From assembly GCA_035458525.1 (NCBI GenBank), contig DATHZQ010000151.1, forward strand, positions 17,104 through 81,103: DNA of 64,000 bases. Reading direction: 5' to 3'. The stretch is from Acidimicrobiia bacterium (GTDB lineage Bacteria; Actinomycetota; Acidimicrobiia; Spongiisociales; UBA5794). The position numbers were made by a program, and so were the translations under genes. The notes beneath the pieces were generated by a model. That model saw nothing but the letters and a program-made list of their open reading frames with translations, had not been told where the DNA came from and made no database searches. Shown here in pieces: positions 1 to 9,972 of this stretch; within the stretch, counting starts at the first letter, position 1, and every line of letters begins with the position of its first letter.

Positions 1-1480
1 TCGCCAGCGTGTCGACAGAATCGGCCGTGCGCGGATCACCGGGGAGGACGGCCAGGTTCTGCCCCACGCGAACGCATCCGTCGAGCACACCGGCAACGTG
101 CTGGTTGAGCGTTGCGTCGTCTGCGTGATCGGCCACGAGGTCGGCGAGCGTCGTGCCACCGGCCACCTGGTCGCGGTAGTCGGACATCCCGCCGATCTGG
201 CCATCGACGAGCAACACGGAGCGGCCGACGCCGGCAAGGCTCTGAGCGACTTCGAGCACCATCCCGCTCACGGCTTCGTCGGCTGATCCCAATCCGGTGA
301 ACCCGATCGTGACGGGCCCGGACGCATGGAACAAACCCAGGATCGCCGAACGTACCGACTGCGTGCCTTTGGCTCGCACGGCTTCGTAGCGACGGTGGCT
401 GAGCGCAAACCTCGAAGCATGCTGCGGCACTTCGGCGAGCACCGGCATGGGCTCGAGGTCGCCAGGTGTCCACACGGTGCCCTGCACGCGGTCGGCGAAG
501 ATGATCGCGATCAGACCGGCGAGCGCACCGCCGAGGAGGCCGATGAGACCCGCCAGCATTCGATCGGTCGGCCCCGGCGTTTGATCCTCGACGACGATGT
601 CGAGAACGTTGATCGTGTCGGTTGACTCACCGACGTCGAGCAGCTCCTGGTATTGCTGGCCGATCTCTGCGAGACGGCTGTTCAGCGCCGACTGCTCCAA
701 CTCCTCGGCCGTGGTGAGGCTGAACTCGACCGGCTCTGGAGGAACCGGGGTGATTCTCAGCAGCTCTACCTTGAGATCGACCAGCTCCCCGCTGAGCGTT
801 GCGATCTGCTCCTCCAGGGCCGCAACCTCTTCCTCGTCGGGCTCGTCCTCGTCCTGGAGATCTTCGAGCTCGTTGACCAATTCGTCGAGGTCACCGTTCG
901 TTGCCGCGATCTGGGTGTTGAGGATACCCAACCGCACCTCCAGCTCCGTGGAAACCGGGGGCTCGACAGGATCCGGAGGCGGTTCCAACTCGTCGAGCCG
1001 GGCCTGAATCGTCTCGGCCTCGCCGATCAAGAGCTGGATCTCGGCATCGACGTCGACGGTGGTCGGATCGACGGCCACGTAGTTGTCGCGCATCTCCTGC
1101 ACGATCTGCTCTGCCGTCTCCGGCGACGCTTCGATCGCCACGAACTGGAGCGTGCCGCGAGGCGCCGAGGACACGAGTTGGACCGACGGGTTCTCGAGGA
1201 GCGCTGCGTTCACCTCTTCGGCCACCACGGTGGCGGCGTCGACGAGCGCGGCCGCAGGGCTCGTGGCCGGCGTGCCGCCGCCACGAGAGTTCCCACCCGT
1301 CGCCGAGTCTTCTTCCTCTGCTGCGATGAACTCAATCGTCGCGGACGCGGAGTAGCGAGGTTCGATGCGATCGTTTTGCAGGCTCGTGACCGCAAGGGCG
1401 ATCGCCAAACCCAGAAGCGCCAGAACGGCAACGAGCCACCAACGGGCCCGCACCATCCGGCGCAGCCGGCTCAAATCCAT
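1..1480 (-). CDS. Wzz-like polysaccharide co-polymerase (chain-length determinant) with C-terminal BY-kinase-like domain; 3' end runs off the window
   Basis: The minus-strand ORF from ATG at 1480 stays open to position 1; the ORF track omits it because no stop lies in the window. The translation begins MDLSRLRRMVRARWWLVAVLALLGLAIALAV (TM1). A long E/L/Q-rich coiled-coil segment follows, which explains the mirror-image plus-strand ORF 653..1501. A second TM helix (MLAGLIGLLGGALAGLIAIIF) and a cytoplasmic P-loop-like stretch (TIGFTGLGSADEAVSG...RSVLLVDGQIGG) follow. The topology TM, periplasmic coiled coil, TM, kinase-like domain is the PCP-2 architecture. The gene sits 7 bp downstream of capD. 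Confidence 0.7.
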   Translation of the reverse strand, partial: MDLSRLRRMVRARWWLVAVLALLGLAIALAVTSLQNDRIEPRYSASATIEFIAAEEEDSATGGNSRGGGTPATSPAAALVDAATVVAEEVNAALLENPSVQLVSSAPRGTLQFVAIEASPETAEQIVQEMRDNYVAVDPTTVDVDAEIQLLIGEAETIQARLDELEPPPDPVEPPVSTELEVRLGILNTQIAATNGDLDELVNELEDLQDEDEPDEEEVAALEEQIATLSGELVDLKVELLRITPVPPEPVEFSLTTAEELEQSALNSRLAEIGQQYQELLDVGESTDTINVLDIVVEDQTPGPTDRMLAGLIGLLGGALAGLIAIIFADRVQGTVWTPGDLEPMPVLAEVPQHASRFALSHRRYEAVRAKGTQSVRSAILGLFHASGPVTIGFTGLGSADEAVSGMVLEVAQSLAGVGRSVLLVDGQIGGMSDYRDQVAGGTTLADLVADHADDATLNQHVAGVLDGCVRVGQNLAVLPGDPRTADSVDTLA

Positions 1481-1487
1481 GTTGTAC

Positions 1488-3458
1488 TCAGTTCCATGTA
1501 GCAGCGTCTCTCAGGGTCCCCGCCTCACCGGCGTCGCGCACACCGACAACGTGGGCGAGGTCGTGTACGGCCATCCTGACCGCTTCGCGCTCCCCCGAGT
1601 TTGCCAGATTCCGAAGTTCATGCACGGCATCGGCCAGCTCGCGCTCATCCGGATAGCCAATCGAGGCCTTGTTGATCTTCGGGTGGTCACTCGGCACGAG
1701 CGGTCCGTCTGAGAGGACCTCCTCGAGCTTCTCGCCGGGGCGCATGCCCGTGATCTCGATCTGGATGTCGCGCCCGGGCACCATGCCCGAGAGGCGGATG
1801 AGGCGTGACGCCAGGTCCATGATGCGCACCGGCTCACCCATATCGAGCACGAAGACTTCGCCGCCGGACGCGAGAGCCCCGGATTGCAGCACCAGCTGCA
1901 CTGCTTCGGGCACGGTCATGAAGTAGCGGGTCATTCGAGGATCGGTGACCGTCACCGGACCACCAGCTTGGATCTGGTTCATGAACGTCGGCACGACGCT
2001 GCCGCGACTGCCGAGCACGTTGCCGAATCGGACCGCCGTGTAGACACCGTGGTCGGACTCTGCGGAGGCCGACTGCAGCATCATCTCGGCGATCCGCTTG
2101 GTCGCCCCCATCACACTCGAAGGACGAACCGCCTTGTCGGTCGAAATGAGCACGAAGCGCTCGATGCCGAACTCCTTGACGACGCTGAGCACGTTGGAGG
2201 TTCCCTCCACGTTGGTCTTGACGGCCTCCTCAGGGCAGTCCTCCAGGATGGGCACGTGCTTGTGTGCCGCGGCGTGGAAGACCACCTGCGGACGGAATCG
2301 GTCGAACACCTGCGCGAGACGTCCGCCGTCACGAATATCGCACAGCACGCGGATCGGTTGATTCCCGGTTGCATTCCAATGGGACATCGCGTCGTGAAGG
2401 TGCGTCTCGTCGTTGTCGAGCGCGTACACCGTCGTCCCATTGAACTCCAAGCACTGCTTCACGATCTCGGAGCCGATCGAGCCACCGGCACCGGTGACCA
2501 GGATCCGACGCCCTTCCAGCATCGCTGCGACGGGTGTGAGGTCGGTCTTGACCGCGGCCCGAGGCAGGAGGTCGGACAACTCGATGTTGCGAATGCTCTC
2601 AGCGGCATGCCCCTTGAGCAGCTCGTTGAGGTTGGGAACGATCCGCAGCGCAACGTCGACGGACATGCACGCATCGACGAGGTCGCGCAGTGTCGACTCT
2701 GGAACATCTGCGGCGACGATGACCTGATCCGCGCGATACGTGCGAACCAGATCCGGAACCCGATCGACTCCTGCCCACACCGGTTTGCCAACGAGGCGCC
2801 GAGCATGCGGACCCGCATGGTCGATGTCGACGAAGCCGATGACCTCAGCGGTCGGCTCCAAGTTCGGCGCCTGCCTGGCGAGCACCGCGGCGGGGCGACC
2901 CGTGCCGACGATCAACGCCCGGACGGGTGCACCGTAGATCGCCATTCGTTTGAAAGAGAACATGCGGGAACGGAAGCGGATGGCGCCCATTCCAACGAGC
3001 GTGAACATCGCTCCGAGGATGACCACCGACATGGGAATCGGCTGTTCGACCTGGAACGCATCGCGACCGATGATCATCGAGGCGACGATCACGATCCCGG
3101 CCGCCGCGGACGCAAACCCGACACGCAGGGCCTCCGCAACGGAGGCGTACTCCCAAACGTGGCCGTACGTGCCGAAGGCGACGTTGGCGATGAGGTGGAC
3201 CAGCACGATCATGGGGAGCACGCGCCAGAAGCTCGGCCACCAGTCGGTGGAGACGCCTAGGCCGTCCATGAACCGGGCCACGAGACCTGCGACGTAGGCC
3301 ATTGAGATGATGAACGCATCGATGAGCGCGAACGTCACGTCCGCCCTCACTCGAGCTGCATTCTGGGCGACGGACATCCGCCAGGATGGTCCTTGGTTGT
3401 CGCCTTGTCGTGTGTGCGGTTGCATCGTTCCCCCACGCTGCTCCGCTCCGCCCGACAC
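1488..3458 (-). CDS. Membrane-anchored polysaccharide biosynthesis protein CapD/PglF/WbpM family (UDP-GlcNAc 4,6-dehydratase-like, NAD-dependent epimerase/dehydratase)
   Basis: The 656-aa product has N-terminal TM helices and a Rossmann motif LVTGAGGSIGSEI. The C-terminal SDR fold (HAAAHKHVP, ISTDKAV) is typical of the CapD family. Confidence 0.85.
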   Translation of the reverse strand: MSGGAEQRGGTMQPHTRQGDNQGPSWRMSVAQNAARVRADVTFALIDAFIISMAYVAGLVARFMDGLGVSTDWWPSFWRVLPMIVLVHLIANVAFGTYGHVWEYASVAEALRVGFASAAAGIVIVASMIIGRDAFQVEQPIPMSVVILGAMFTLVGMGAIRFRSRMFSFKRMAIYGAPVRALIVGTGRPAAVLARQAPNLEPTAEVIGFVDIDHAGPHARRLVGKPVWAGVDRVPDLVRTYRADQVIVAADVPESTLRDLVDACMSVDVALRIVPNLNELLKGHAAESIRNIELSDLLPRAAVKTDLTPVAAMLEGRRILVTGAGGSIGSEIVKQCLEFNGTTVYALDNDETHLHDAMSHWNATGNQPIRVLCDIRDGGRLAQVFDRFRPQVVFHAAAHKHVPILEDCPEEAVKTNVEGTSNVLSVVKEFGIERFVLISTDKAVRPSSVMGATKRIAEMMLQSASAESDHGVYTAVRFGNVLGSRGSVVPTFMNQIQAGGPVTVTDPRMTRYFMTVPEAVQLVLQSGALASGGEVFVLDMGEPVRIMDLASRLIRLSGMVPGRDIQIEITGMRPGEKLEEVLSDGPLVPSDHPKINKASIGYPDERELADAVHELRNLANSGEREAVRMAVHDLAHVVGVRDAGEAGTLRDAATWN

Positions 3459-3718
3459 CCATCACTCAGGGGCATCGGAGGGCGGGATTCCCCGTGATCT
3501 TCGGTCCAGTAACGCAACCACCCTGCACCGGCTGCGATCAACCGACTGTAACCGCATCCACCGCGACCGAATACCCCATTTCAGGCAATTGGGGCGATTT
3601 GAGTCGCACGCCCTATGCCTTGTCATACCGGGGTTTCCTCCCGCATGGTACGTTGACCGAGCGGGCCGACGCGAGCCTGCATTCGGGGGTTATTTCAGGT
3701 CATGGATCGGCATCTGCC

Positions 3719-4891
3719 ATGTCGGAGCAAGCGGCGATCGAGCCCGCCCGGCGCGCGCGCCGTCGCCTCGCCCTGGAGCCGAAAGCGCCGACCGTGACCG
3801 GACGACCGCGCATCGTCGTCGCGATCAAGGGTCTGGGCATCGGCGGAGCCGAGATGCTCATCGCCGAGAGCGCACGTCTCTGGGACCAGCACCGATTCGA
3901 CTACCGGGTGGTGTATGCATTGCCCTGGAAGGACCAGTTGGTCAAGCGGATCGAAGAGCTGGGCGTTCCGGTCACATGCATCGGGACGAAGCGAGGAATG
4001 ACACCCGGCTCGTGGATCGGTCTGCGAACGTACATCTCGAACAACGCCGATCTCGTCCACGCTCACCTACCGGCGATGGGTGCGGTGGCCCGGATGGTCT
4101 CCAAGGTCCCGCTCGTATACACGGAGCACAACGTCGCCACCTCGTATCGCAAGCCGGTCCAGCTCGCCAACCGGGCGACGTACGGCCGGAATAGGGCGGT
4201 GACCGCCGTCTCGCAGGCCGTCGCCGACTCGATCGCGAACTACCCAGGTCCCAAGGCGGAGGTCGTCTCCAACGGTGTGTCGGTCTCCGTTGCGCCCGGA
4301 GCCGCGGCCGCCGCACGCAGCGAGCTCGGGATCTCCGCAAGCACGCCATTGGTCGTGCACGTCGGGAACATCCGCCCCCACAAGGGCCACGGCAACCTGG
4401 TCGAGACGGCGTCGCGGCTGGTCGACATGGTGCCCGAGGTTCACATCGTCTCCATTGGCGGCGAGAAGAACGACGGCGACCTCGAGCGCGTGCGCAGCCT
4501 CGCCGCTGAGGCGGGCGTCGCCGACCGCCTCAGATTCCTCGGACGACGGGAGGATGCCCTGGCCTTCGTCGCCGCAGCGGATGTGTTCGCGAATCCCTCC
4601 GATTTCGAAGGACTTCCTGTTGCCGTCCTCGAGGCAATGGCGCTCGAACGTCCCGTGGTGGCAACCAACGTAGGCGGAGTCGCCGCCATCGTGCAGGACA
4701 ACCTCACGGGCATTCTCGTGCCGGCCAAGAGCCCCGACGCGCTCGCCGCAGGGGTTGCCCGACTCCTCAACGACCGGTCGACCGCCGCCGCCTACGCTGC
4801 GGCAGGGCGCAAAGTGGTAGAGCGCGACTACAGCCTCGAGGCCATGGTGCGGCGCTTCGAAGGAATCTACGCCGAGGTGCTGGATGCCTGA
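3719..4891 (+). CDS. Glycosyltransferase family 4 (GT-B, Glycos_transf_1)
   Basis: The product has a VAIKGLGIGGAEMLIAE N-domain and an EX7E motif (FEGLPVAVLEAMALERPVVATNVGG). The track ORF starts at 3386, but its first 111 codons overlap the capD 5' end. I take the in-frame ATG at 3719 (MSEQAAIEP...) as the likely start. Confidence 0.8.
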   Translation: MSEQAAIEPARRARRRLALEPKAPTVTGRPRIVVAIKGLGIGGAEMLIAESARLWDQHRFDYRVVYALPWKDQLVKRIEELGVPVTCIGTKRGMTPGSWIGLRTYISNNADLVHAHLPAMGAVARMVSKVPLVYTEHNVATSYRKPVQLANRATYGRNRAVTAVSQAVADSIANYPGPKAEVVSNGVSVSVAPGAAAAARSELGISASTPLVVHVGNIRPHKGHGNLVETASRLVDMVPEVHIVSIGGEKNDGDLERVRSLAAEAGVADRLRFLGRREDALAFVAAADVFANPSDFEGLPVAVLEAMALERPVVATNVGGVAAIVQDNLTGILVPAKSPDALAAGVARLLNDRSTAAAYAAAGRKVVERDYSLEAMVRRFEGIYAEVLDA

Positions 4892-5840
4892 CGCCACCGT
4901 CACGATCCGTCCGTACGCCGACGGCGATCTCAGCGGCACCCTCGAGTTGCTCGAGGCGGCGCTCGGCGAGACACCGTTGTTGAAACGCACACCTGAACTC
5001 TTTGCCTGGAAGCACCTGGACAACCCGTTTGGTCGATCGATCTTGCTCGTCGCCGAAGCCGAAGGTCGGATCGCGGGTCTGCGGGCCTTCATGCGCTGGG
5101 AGCTGGAAACCGCTGCCGGGCAGCGGTTGCGCTGCGTCAGGGCCGTCGACACCGCAACGCATCCGGAGTTTCAGCGGCGCGGCATCTTCAGCAGGCTGAC
5201 GCGGGCAGCGCTCGATGCCGCCGAACGCGACGGTGTGGACCTGGTGTTCAACACACCGAATCCCAAGTCGGGCGCCGGCTATCTCAAGATGGGCTGGCAG
5301 CACGTAGGGGCAATCGGCGTGCTGGCGGCACCCAGCCGCGGCATCGTGCGCGGGAAGCCTGCGCAGGACCAGCCGCCACGACCCGAGGACTACCTTGCGA
5401 ATCCGCAACCGGCCAACAACCTCGAAGTGAGCGACCGGAGCGCCGCGGGGCTACGCACACCCCGCACGGGGGCCTACCTGCGCTGGCGGTTCAGCCAGCA
5501 CCCAACCGCACGCTACGTCCGCATCGATCGCAAAGGGTCCACGGCCATCGTGCGGCCGAATCTGCGAGGTGGCCGGCGCGAGCTGGTGCTATCGGATGTC
5601 TTCGGCCCACACCCCGGCGCTGCGATCGGTGCAACCATCGCCCAGAGCCGGGCTGCGTACGTTGCGGGTTGGTTCTCCGAGGGCTCGCCGGAGCGTGCCG
5701 CCGCGATGAGACGCGGGCTCGTCCCGATTCCCAAGCTGACGACATTGACGTTGGTGGCGCGGCCGCTGCGCGCTTTGCCAACCGACGTGGGTAGCCTCGC
5801 CGCCTGGGACCTTGCCTCTAGCGACCTGGAGCTTCTCTGA
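4884..5840 (+). CDS. GNAT family N-acetyltransferase
   Basis: The 318-aa product carries the GNAT motif A (FQRRGIFSRL, GWQHVG). The gene overlaps the upstream GT stop by 8 bp, consistent with an operon. Confidence 0.7.
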   Translation: MPDATVTIRPYADGDLSGTLELLEAALGETPLLKRTPELFAWKHLDNPFGRSILLVAEAEGRIAGLRAFMRWELETAAGQRLRCVRAVDTATHPEFQRRGIFSRLTRAALDAAERDGVDLVFNTPNPKSGAGYLKMGWQHVGAIGVLAAPSRGIVRGKPAQDQPPRPEDYLANPQPANNLEVSDRSAAGLRTPRTGAYLRWRFSQHPTARYVRIDRKGSTAIVRPNLRGGRRELVLSDVFGPHPGAAIGATIAQSRAAYVAGWFSEGSPERAAAMRRGLVPIPKLTTLTLVARPLRALPTDVGSLAAWDLASSDLELL

Positions 5841-7243
5841 TGATTGCCATGCTCCCGATGTTCGGGACGCTTGGGCTCGTGATCGGGCTCGCCATCGCCG
5901 CGGGCAATGGATCCGAGCACGTCAGCGCGATCTTCGTCGCAATGGGCGGCGGCCTCATCGTGTCCTGGCTCGCCAAGAAGGTCGCCAACGACGAGGACCG
6001 GCTGTGGCTCCCCACCTACATCATGGGCGGTTACACGGCAAAGATCCTCGCCTCGTGGATGCGCTGGTGGGTGCTCGTCGACTACTACAACGGCTCGGGG
6101 GACGCAGTCGTCTATCACAACCGCGGCATCCTCAACGCCGAGTTGTGGCGCAGCTTCGATCCCCCGCCGCTCGGCATCGGCACAGAGGCCATGGAGGGTG
6201 TGTCGGGGCTCGTCTACATCTTCTACGCACCAAACTTTCTCGGCGGCTTCTTCATGTTCGCCACACTGGCGTTCTTCGGACAGCTGCTTCTCTATTCGGC
6301 GTTCCGCACGACCGTCGTGCCGCGGCGGTTGAAGCTCTACGCACTGGCGATCTTCTTCGTGCCCAACGTCGTCTACTGGCCCTCCAGCCCCGGCAAGGAA
6401 TCGATCATGATGCTCGGGCTGGGCATGTCGGCGTACGGTGTCAGCAAGCTGCTCGCCAAAGGCTCGCTGCAGGCCCTGGTGCCGATCGGTGCCGGACTGG
6501 TCATCAGCGGCATCATCCGTCCCCATGTGTCTGCCATGCAGATCGCGGCCGCCACACTGGCGCTCCTCTTCGCCAAGCGGGGCGCCGGCGTTGCACAGTT
6601 CCCGGCGAAGCGGCTGTTCTTACTCGGCCTGGTCGGTGCAGGTCTCGCGGCGACGATCTCGATTGCAGCGGCGAACTTCGGCATCTCGCTCGACGACACC
6701 TCTGCGATCGATTCGCAGGTCAACAACCTCCTGGACACGGTTGAGGAACAGACGGAACAAGGTGGTTCTTCAGTTTCCGGTAGCTTCATCTCGAGCCCCG
6801 CCGAGTTCCCCGAGGTATTCGTCAGAGTCTTGTTCCGGCCGCTCCCCACCGAAGCGCACAACGGGCCAGCGCTCGCGGCGAGCCTCGAGGGAACGCTCCT
6901 CCTCGCGATCCTGCTTTGGCGATTGCCATGGATCTTGCGTCGCGGGCTCCGGGTGCGGCGCGACCCGTACATCTTGTTCAGCCTGTTCTTCATCATCGGA
7001 TTCGTGATCGCCTTCTCGTCCTTCCTCAATCTCGGGCTGATGGCGAGGGAACGCTCAATGGTGATGCCGTACGTACTGGCGCTCGTCGTCGCCTTGGGAT
7101 TCGGTCCGCCGGATGACTTCGAAGAGGATGCAGACGTCGAGAAGGCCAAGGTGGAAGGCGTCGAGGCGCTTCTGCTGGGCTCGGCACCCGCAGCCCCCGC
7201 CGACTCCACGGTCCATGGCGAAGCCGAGCCCGTCGCGCTATGA
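5840..7243 (+). CDS. Polytopic membrane protein, probable polysaccharide polymerase/ligase (Wzy/O-antigen-ligase-like)
   Basis: The 467-aa product has at least 10 predicted TM helices and an acidic C-terminal tail. It is embedded in the glycan locus. The start overlaps the GNAT stop (ATGA-type coupling at 5840). Confidence 0.5.
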   Translation: MIAMLPMFGTLGLVIGLAIAAGNGSEHVSAIFVAMGGGLIVSWLAKKVANDEDRLWLPTYIMGGYTAKILASWMRWWVLVDYYNGSGDAVVYHNRGILNAELWRSFDPPPLGIGTEAMEGVSGLVYIFYAPNFLGGFFMFATLAFFGQLLLYSAFRTTVVPRRLKLYALAIFFVPNVVYWPSSPGKESIMMLGLGMSAYGVSKLLAKGSLQALVPIGAGLVISGIIRPHVSAMQIAAATLALLFAKRGAGVAQFPAKRLFLLGLVGAGLAATISIAAANFGISLDDTSAIDSQVNNLLDTVEEQTEQGGSSVSGSFISSPAEFPEVFVRVLFRPLPTEAHNGPALAASLEGTLLLAILLWRLPWILRRGLRVRRDPYILFSLFFIIGFVIAFSSFLNLGLMARERSMVMPYVLALVVALGFGPPDDFEEDADVEKAKVEGVEALLLGSAPAAPADSTVHGEAEPVAL

Positions 7244-8215
7244 CGTGGCCTCGGCCTCGTCGGGACGGGCGAAACCGGCGAGGCTGAGCCCTGCGAGGGC
7301 TGCGACGAACACCACGACGAGAACGGCAATCGCCGTGCCCGGCTTGAACGCGGCGTCGACACCGATCACGAGCACACCGATCAACGCTTGGGCGACGGCC
7401 GCCGTGCCCACGACTCGTGTAACGGACCAGCCGCGATCGGAGAGCTGGTCGTAGACATGACTGCGGTCGCCCGGGAACAAAGGCTTTCCGGCAAGCTTGC
7501 GGCGCAGCAGCGTCATCGCAAGGTCGATCGCGTACACGCCCATCAGCCCGAACCCAATGAGGACCGCTGCGTCACTGCCTTCCGGCGAAGCCGCGATGAA
7601 ACCGTATACGAGGAACACGGCGACGGAATAGGCACCGTTGTCGCCCAGAAACATCCTTGCCGGGTGCCAGTTCCAAAGGAGAAAACCGAGCAGCGCTGCG
7701 GCCAAGACGAAGCCCGGCCGTAGCCCGAGCCCTCGCGACGCAGCAAGGCCGATCGTGCCGGCGGCCGCGACCAGACCTGCCGAGCCGGCAAGGCCGTCGA
7801 GACCGTCGAACATGTTGACCGCGTTGATCGCTACCACGACGAGCACAACCCCGAGGATGACGCCCAGTGGACCGTCGCCGAGTGCGGGCAGATCGGCGAC
7901 AACGACCAACACGACCCCCGCGATGAACTCGACGAAGAGCCGAAGGATCGGTGCCAGGTCGCGGCGATCGTCGATGAGCCCCAACACCAGCACGATCCCC
8001 GATGCCAGAAACAGCCCTTCATCGAAGAGCCCTTCGACGGCCATGCCGGCATGCACCCCGAAGAAGATCGCCACGCCCCCGAGAGGAACGGCCGGCCACT
8101 CGTGCGACTTGAGGAAGCCGTCCGGCTTGTCGACGAAGCCACTTTCGTGACCCAGCTGGATGAGCAGGGCGCCACCGAGCGCCGACAGCAGCAGCGCTAG
8201 GGCAAAGCCGACCAC
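7238..8215 (-). CDS. Polyprenyl-phosphate N-acetylhexosamine-1-phosphate transferase (WecA/TagO/MraY family initiating phosphoglycosyltransferase)
   Basis: The product is a polytopic membrane protein with the family signature NAVNMFDGLDGLAG and a VLGLIDD motif. Confidence 0.8.
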   Translation of the reverse strand: MVGFALALLLSALGGALLIQLGHESGFVDKPDGFLKSHEWPAVPLGGVAIFFGVHAGMAVEGLFDEGLFLASGIVLVLGLIDDRRDLAPILRLFVEFIAGVVLVVVADLPALGDGPLGVILGVVLVVVAINAVNMFDGLDGLAGSAGLVAAAGTIGLAASRGLGLRPGFVLAAALLGFLLWNWHPARMFLGDNGAYSVAVFLVYGFIAASPEGSDAAVLIGFGLMGVYAIDLAMTLLRRKLAGKPLFPGDRSHVYDQLSDRGWSVTRVVGTAAVAQALIGVLVIGVDAAFKPGTAIAVLVVVFVAALAGLSLAGFARPDEAEATS

Positions 8216-9972
8216 GTCAACACCTCCGATCGCTCACCAGCATGCACTTCGACCGACCCGCTCTTGGCGAAACCCATCCGCTCGTATGCGGCGATCGCCG
8301 CATCGTTGTCGGCGCCGACTACGACCTTGACGCGCTGCTCACCGCGAGCCGACAACGCATCCAGCAGACGCTCGCCCAGCGCCAGCGCCAACCCGCGTCG
8401 TCTCGCTTCTGGAGCCACGGCCATGGCGAGGAGCTCGGCGCGAGCTTCGTCGTGTTCGCCACCATACGTCAACGTCTCCCAGGCGCGCCGCATGATCGAG
8501 GGGCGCACCAGTTTGGGGATCGCACTGAGGCCGGCGGCCGCGCCGTGGTGTCGGATGAAGTGTTTGTAGAACGCACCGACGTCGGTGACGCCGGCGACGA
8601 AGCCCACGATCCGCCAGGTTCCATCGGCTACGAAGACCTCGGCGCCTTCCCACTCCAGCATCGCCGCATAGAGACGCTCCATGAACCCAGACCCGAGCCT
8701 CGGGAGAAAGCCCGTGCTGATGGCCTCCATGTGGAGACGAGCCAAGTAGGGAACGTCGCGGTCCGTCGCACGGCGCAGCCGGACGGCCCCGATGGCAGGT
8801 GCCGCGCCGGTAACGCCGGCGACTCCCTTGCGCTGCGCGACGCCGTGGTAGGTGGCGAACACGGTGTGAACGACGTGCCGCTCGTCGAAGAACTCCTCGG
8901 CTCGCCGGCGGCTGGCAAGGCCCATGGCCTCGCGCTGCACCGGATCGGCCGCGACCTCACGGATCGCGGAAGCCAGCGCCGCCGGGTTGCCGACTGGGAC
9001 GAGCCTTCCGTTTTCGCCGTCCACCACGACCTCGCGGCAGCCGCGGATGTCGGTCGCAATGACCGGCAGCGAGCTGGCGGCGGCTTCCATGGCCGCCCGC
9101 GGGAAACCCTCCCGGTGCGAAGGGAGCACGAACACGTCCATCGCCGGATAGAGCCGTTCCACGTCGGTTCTCATTCCCAGCAGCCGCACGCCGGCATCGG
9201 CGGCGCGTGAGGCGAAGTCGGCGCCCAGGGCGTCGGCCTTGTCTGGATCGTCAGGACCGATCGCCAGGAATGCGAACCGATCATCGAGTTGCGCCGCAGC
9301 GTCGACGAGTTCCGGGTAGCCCTTCTCGGCGACGAGACGGCCGACCGTTCCCACGACGATCTGGCCGTCGTCGATGCCGAGCTCACGACGTATCGCAGCT
9401 CGCTCCGCCGCGGCGACGTTTGCGGCGTTGAATCGCTCGAGATCGACGCCGTTGCCCAGCCGGAACGTGCGATGTGCCGGCGAGATGTGCTTGCGGGTCA
9501 TCAGCGCGACGTCTTCCGCGCTCTGGACCAACTCGGCATCGGAGAACCGCGCCGCAACAGCCTCGAGCACATACACCACCGCGCGTTTCGCCAGCCGATC
9601 ATCCTCGGTGGCGTACAAGCCATGGACCGTGTTGACGACGATCGGCACACCGGCGAGGCGACCCAAGATTCGCCCGTACAGGCCCGGCTTCGGGTTGTGG
9701 GTGTGCAGGATGTCGATGCGCTCTCTACGCAGGATGCGCCAGAGGTCCCTGGCCGCACGGAGGTCGTCGCGCAACGCCCAGCCACGCGTCGACGTCGGCA
9801 GGGGAATATGACGCACACCGACCTCTTCGACCACCGGCACATGTTCGCCGGGAGCGCTGATGCCAATCGTGTCCCAACCGGCGGCAACCCCGGCTTCCAG
9901 CTGGGGCAACACGAGGTAACGCAGACTCAGATCGACGGTGGTCAGGTGCGCGAGCTTGACGGTCTTGCTCAT
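8197..9972 (-). CDS. Fusion protein: GT4 glycosyltransferase (N-terminal) plus GNAT acetyltransferase domain (C-terminal)
   Basis: The 591-aa product has GT4 features in residues 1-380 (EX7E-like REGFPRAAMEAAASSLPVIATDIRG). The C-terminal roughly 180 aa carries GNAT motif A (LLAMAVAPEARRRGLALALGERL). Confidence 0.7.
   Translation of the reverse strand: MSKTVKLAHLTTVDLSLRYLVLPQLEAGVAAGWDTIGISAPGEHVPVVEEVGVRHIPLPTSTRGWALRDDLRAARDLWRILRRERIDILHTHNPKPGLYGRILGRLAGVPIVVNTVHGLYATEDDRLAKRAVVYVLEAVAARFSDAELVQSAEDVALMTRKHISPAHRTFRLGNGVDLERFNAANVAAAERAAIRRELGIDDGQIVVGTVGRLVAEKGYPELVDAAAQLDDRFAFLAIGPDDPDKADALGADFASRAADAGVRLLGMRTDVERLYPAMDVFVLPSHREGFPRAAMEAAASSLPVIATDIRGCREVVVDGENGRLVPVGNPAALASAIREVAADPVQREAMGLASRRRAEEFFDERHVVHTVFATYHGVAQRKGVAGVTGAAPAIGAVRLRRATDRDVPYLARLHMEAISTGFLPRLGSGFMERLYAAMLEWEGAEVFVADGTWRIVGFVAGVTDVGAFYKHFIRHHGAAAGLSAIPKLVRPSIMRRAWETLTYGGEHDEARAELLAMAVAPEARRRGLALALGERLLDALSARGEQRVKVVVGADNDAAIAAYERMGFAKSGSVEVHAGERSEVLTWSALP

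Noticed and set aside
653-1501. A 282-aa plus-strand ORF, plus 597..1007, upstream of capD
   Set aside because: It is Arg/Leu/Glu-rich and mirrors a coiled-coil protein. The real gene is the minus-strand Wzz-like ORF (1..1480), which the track omits because its stop lies outside the window.
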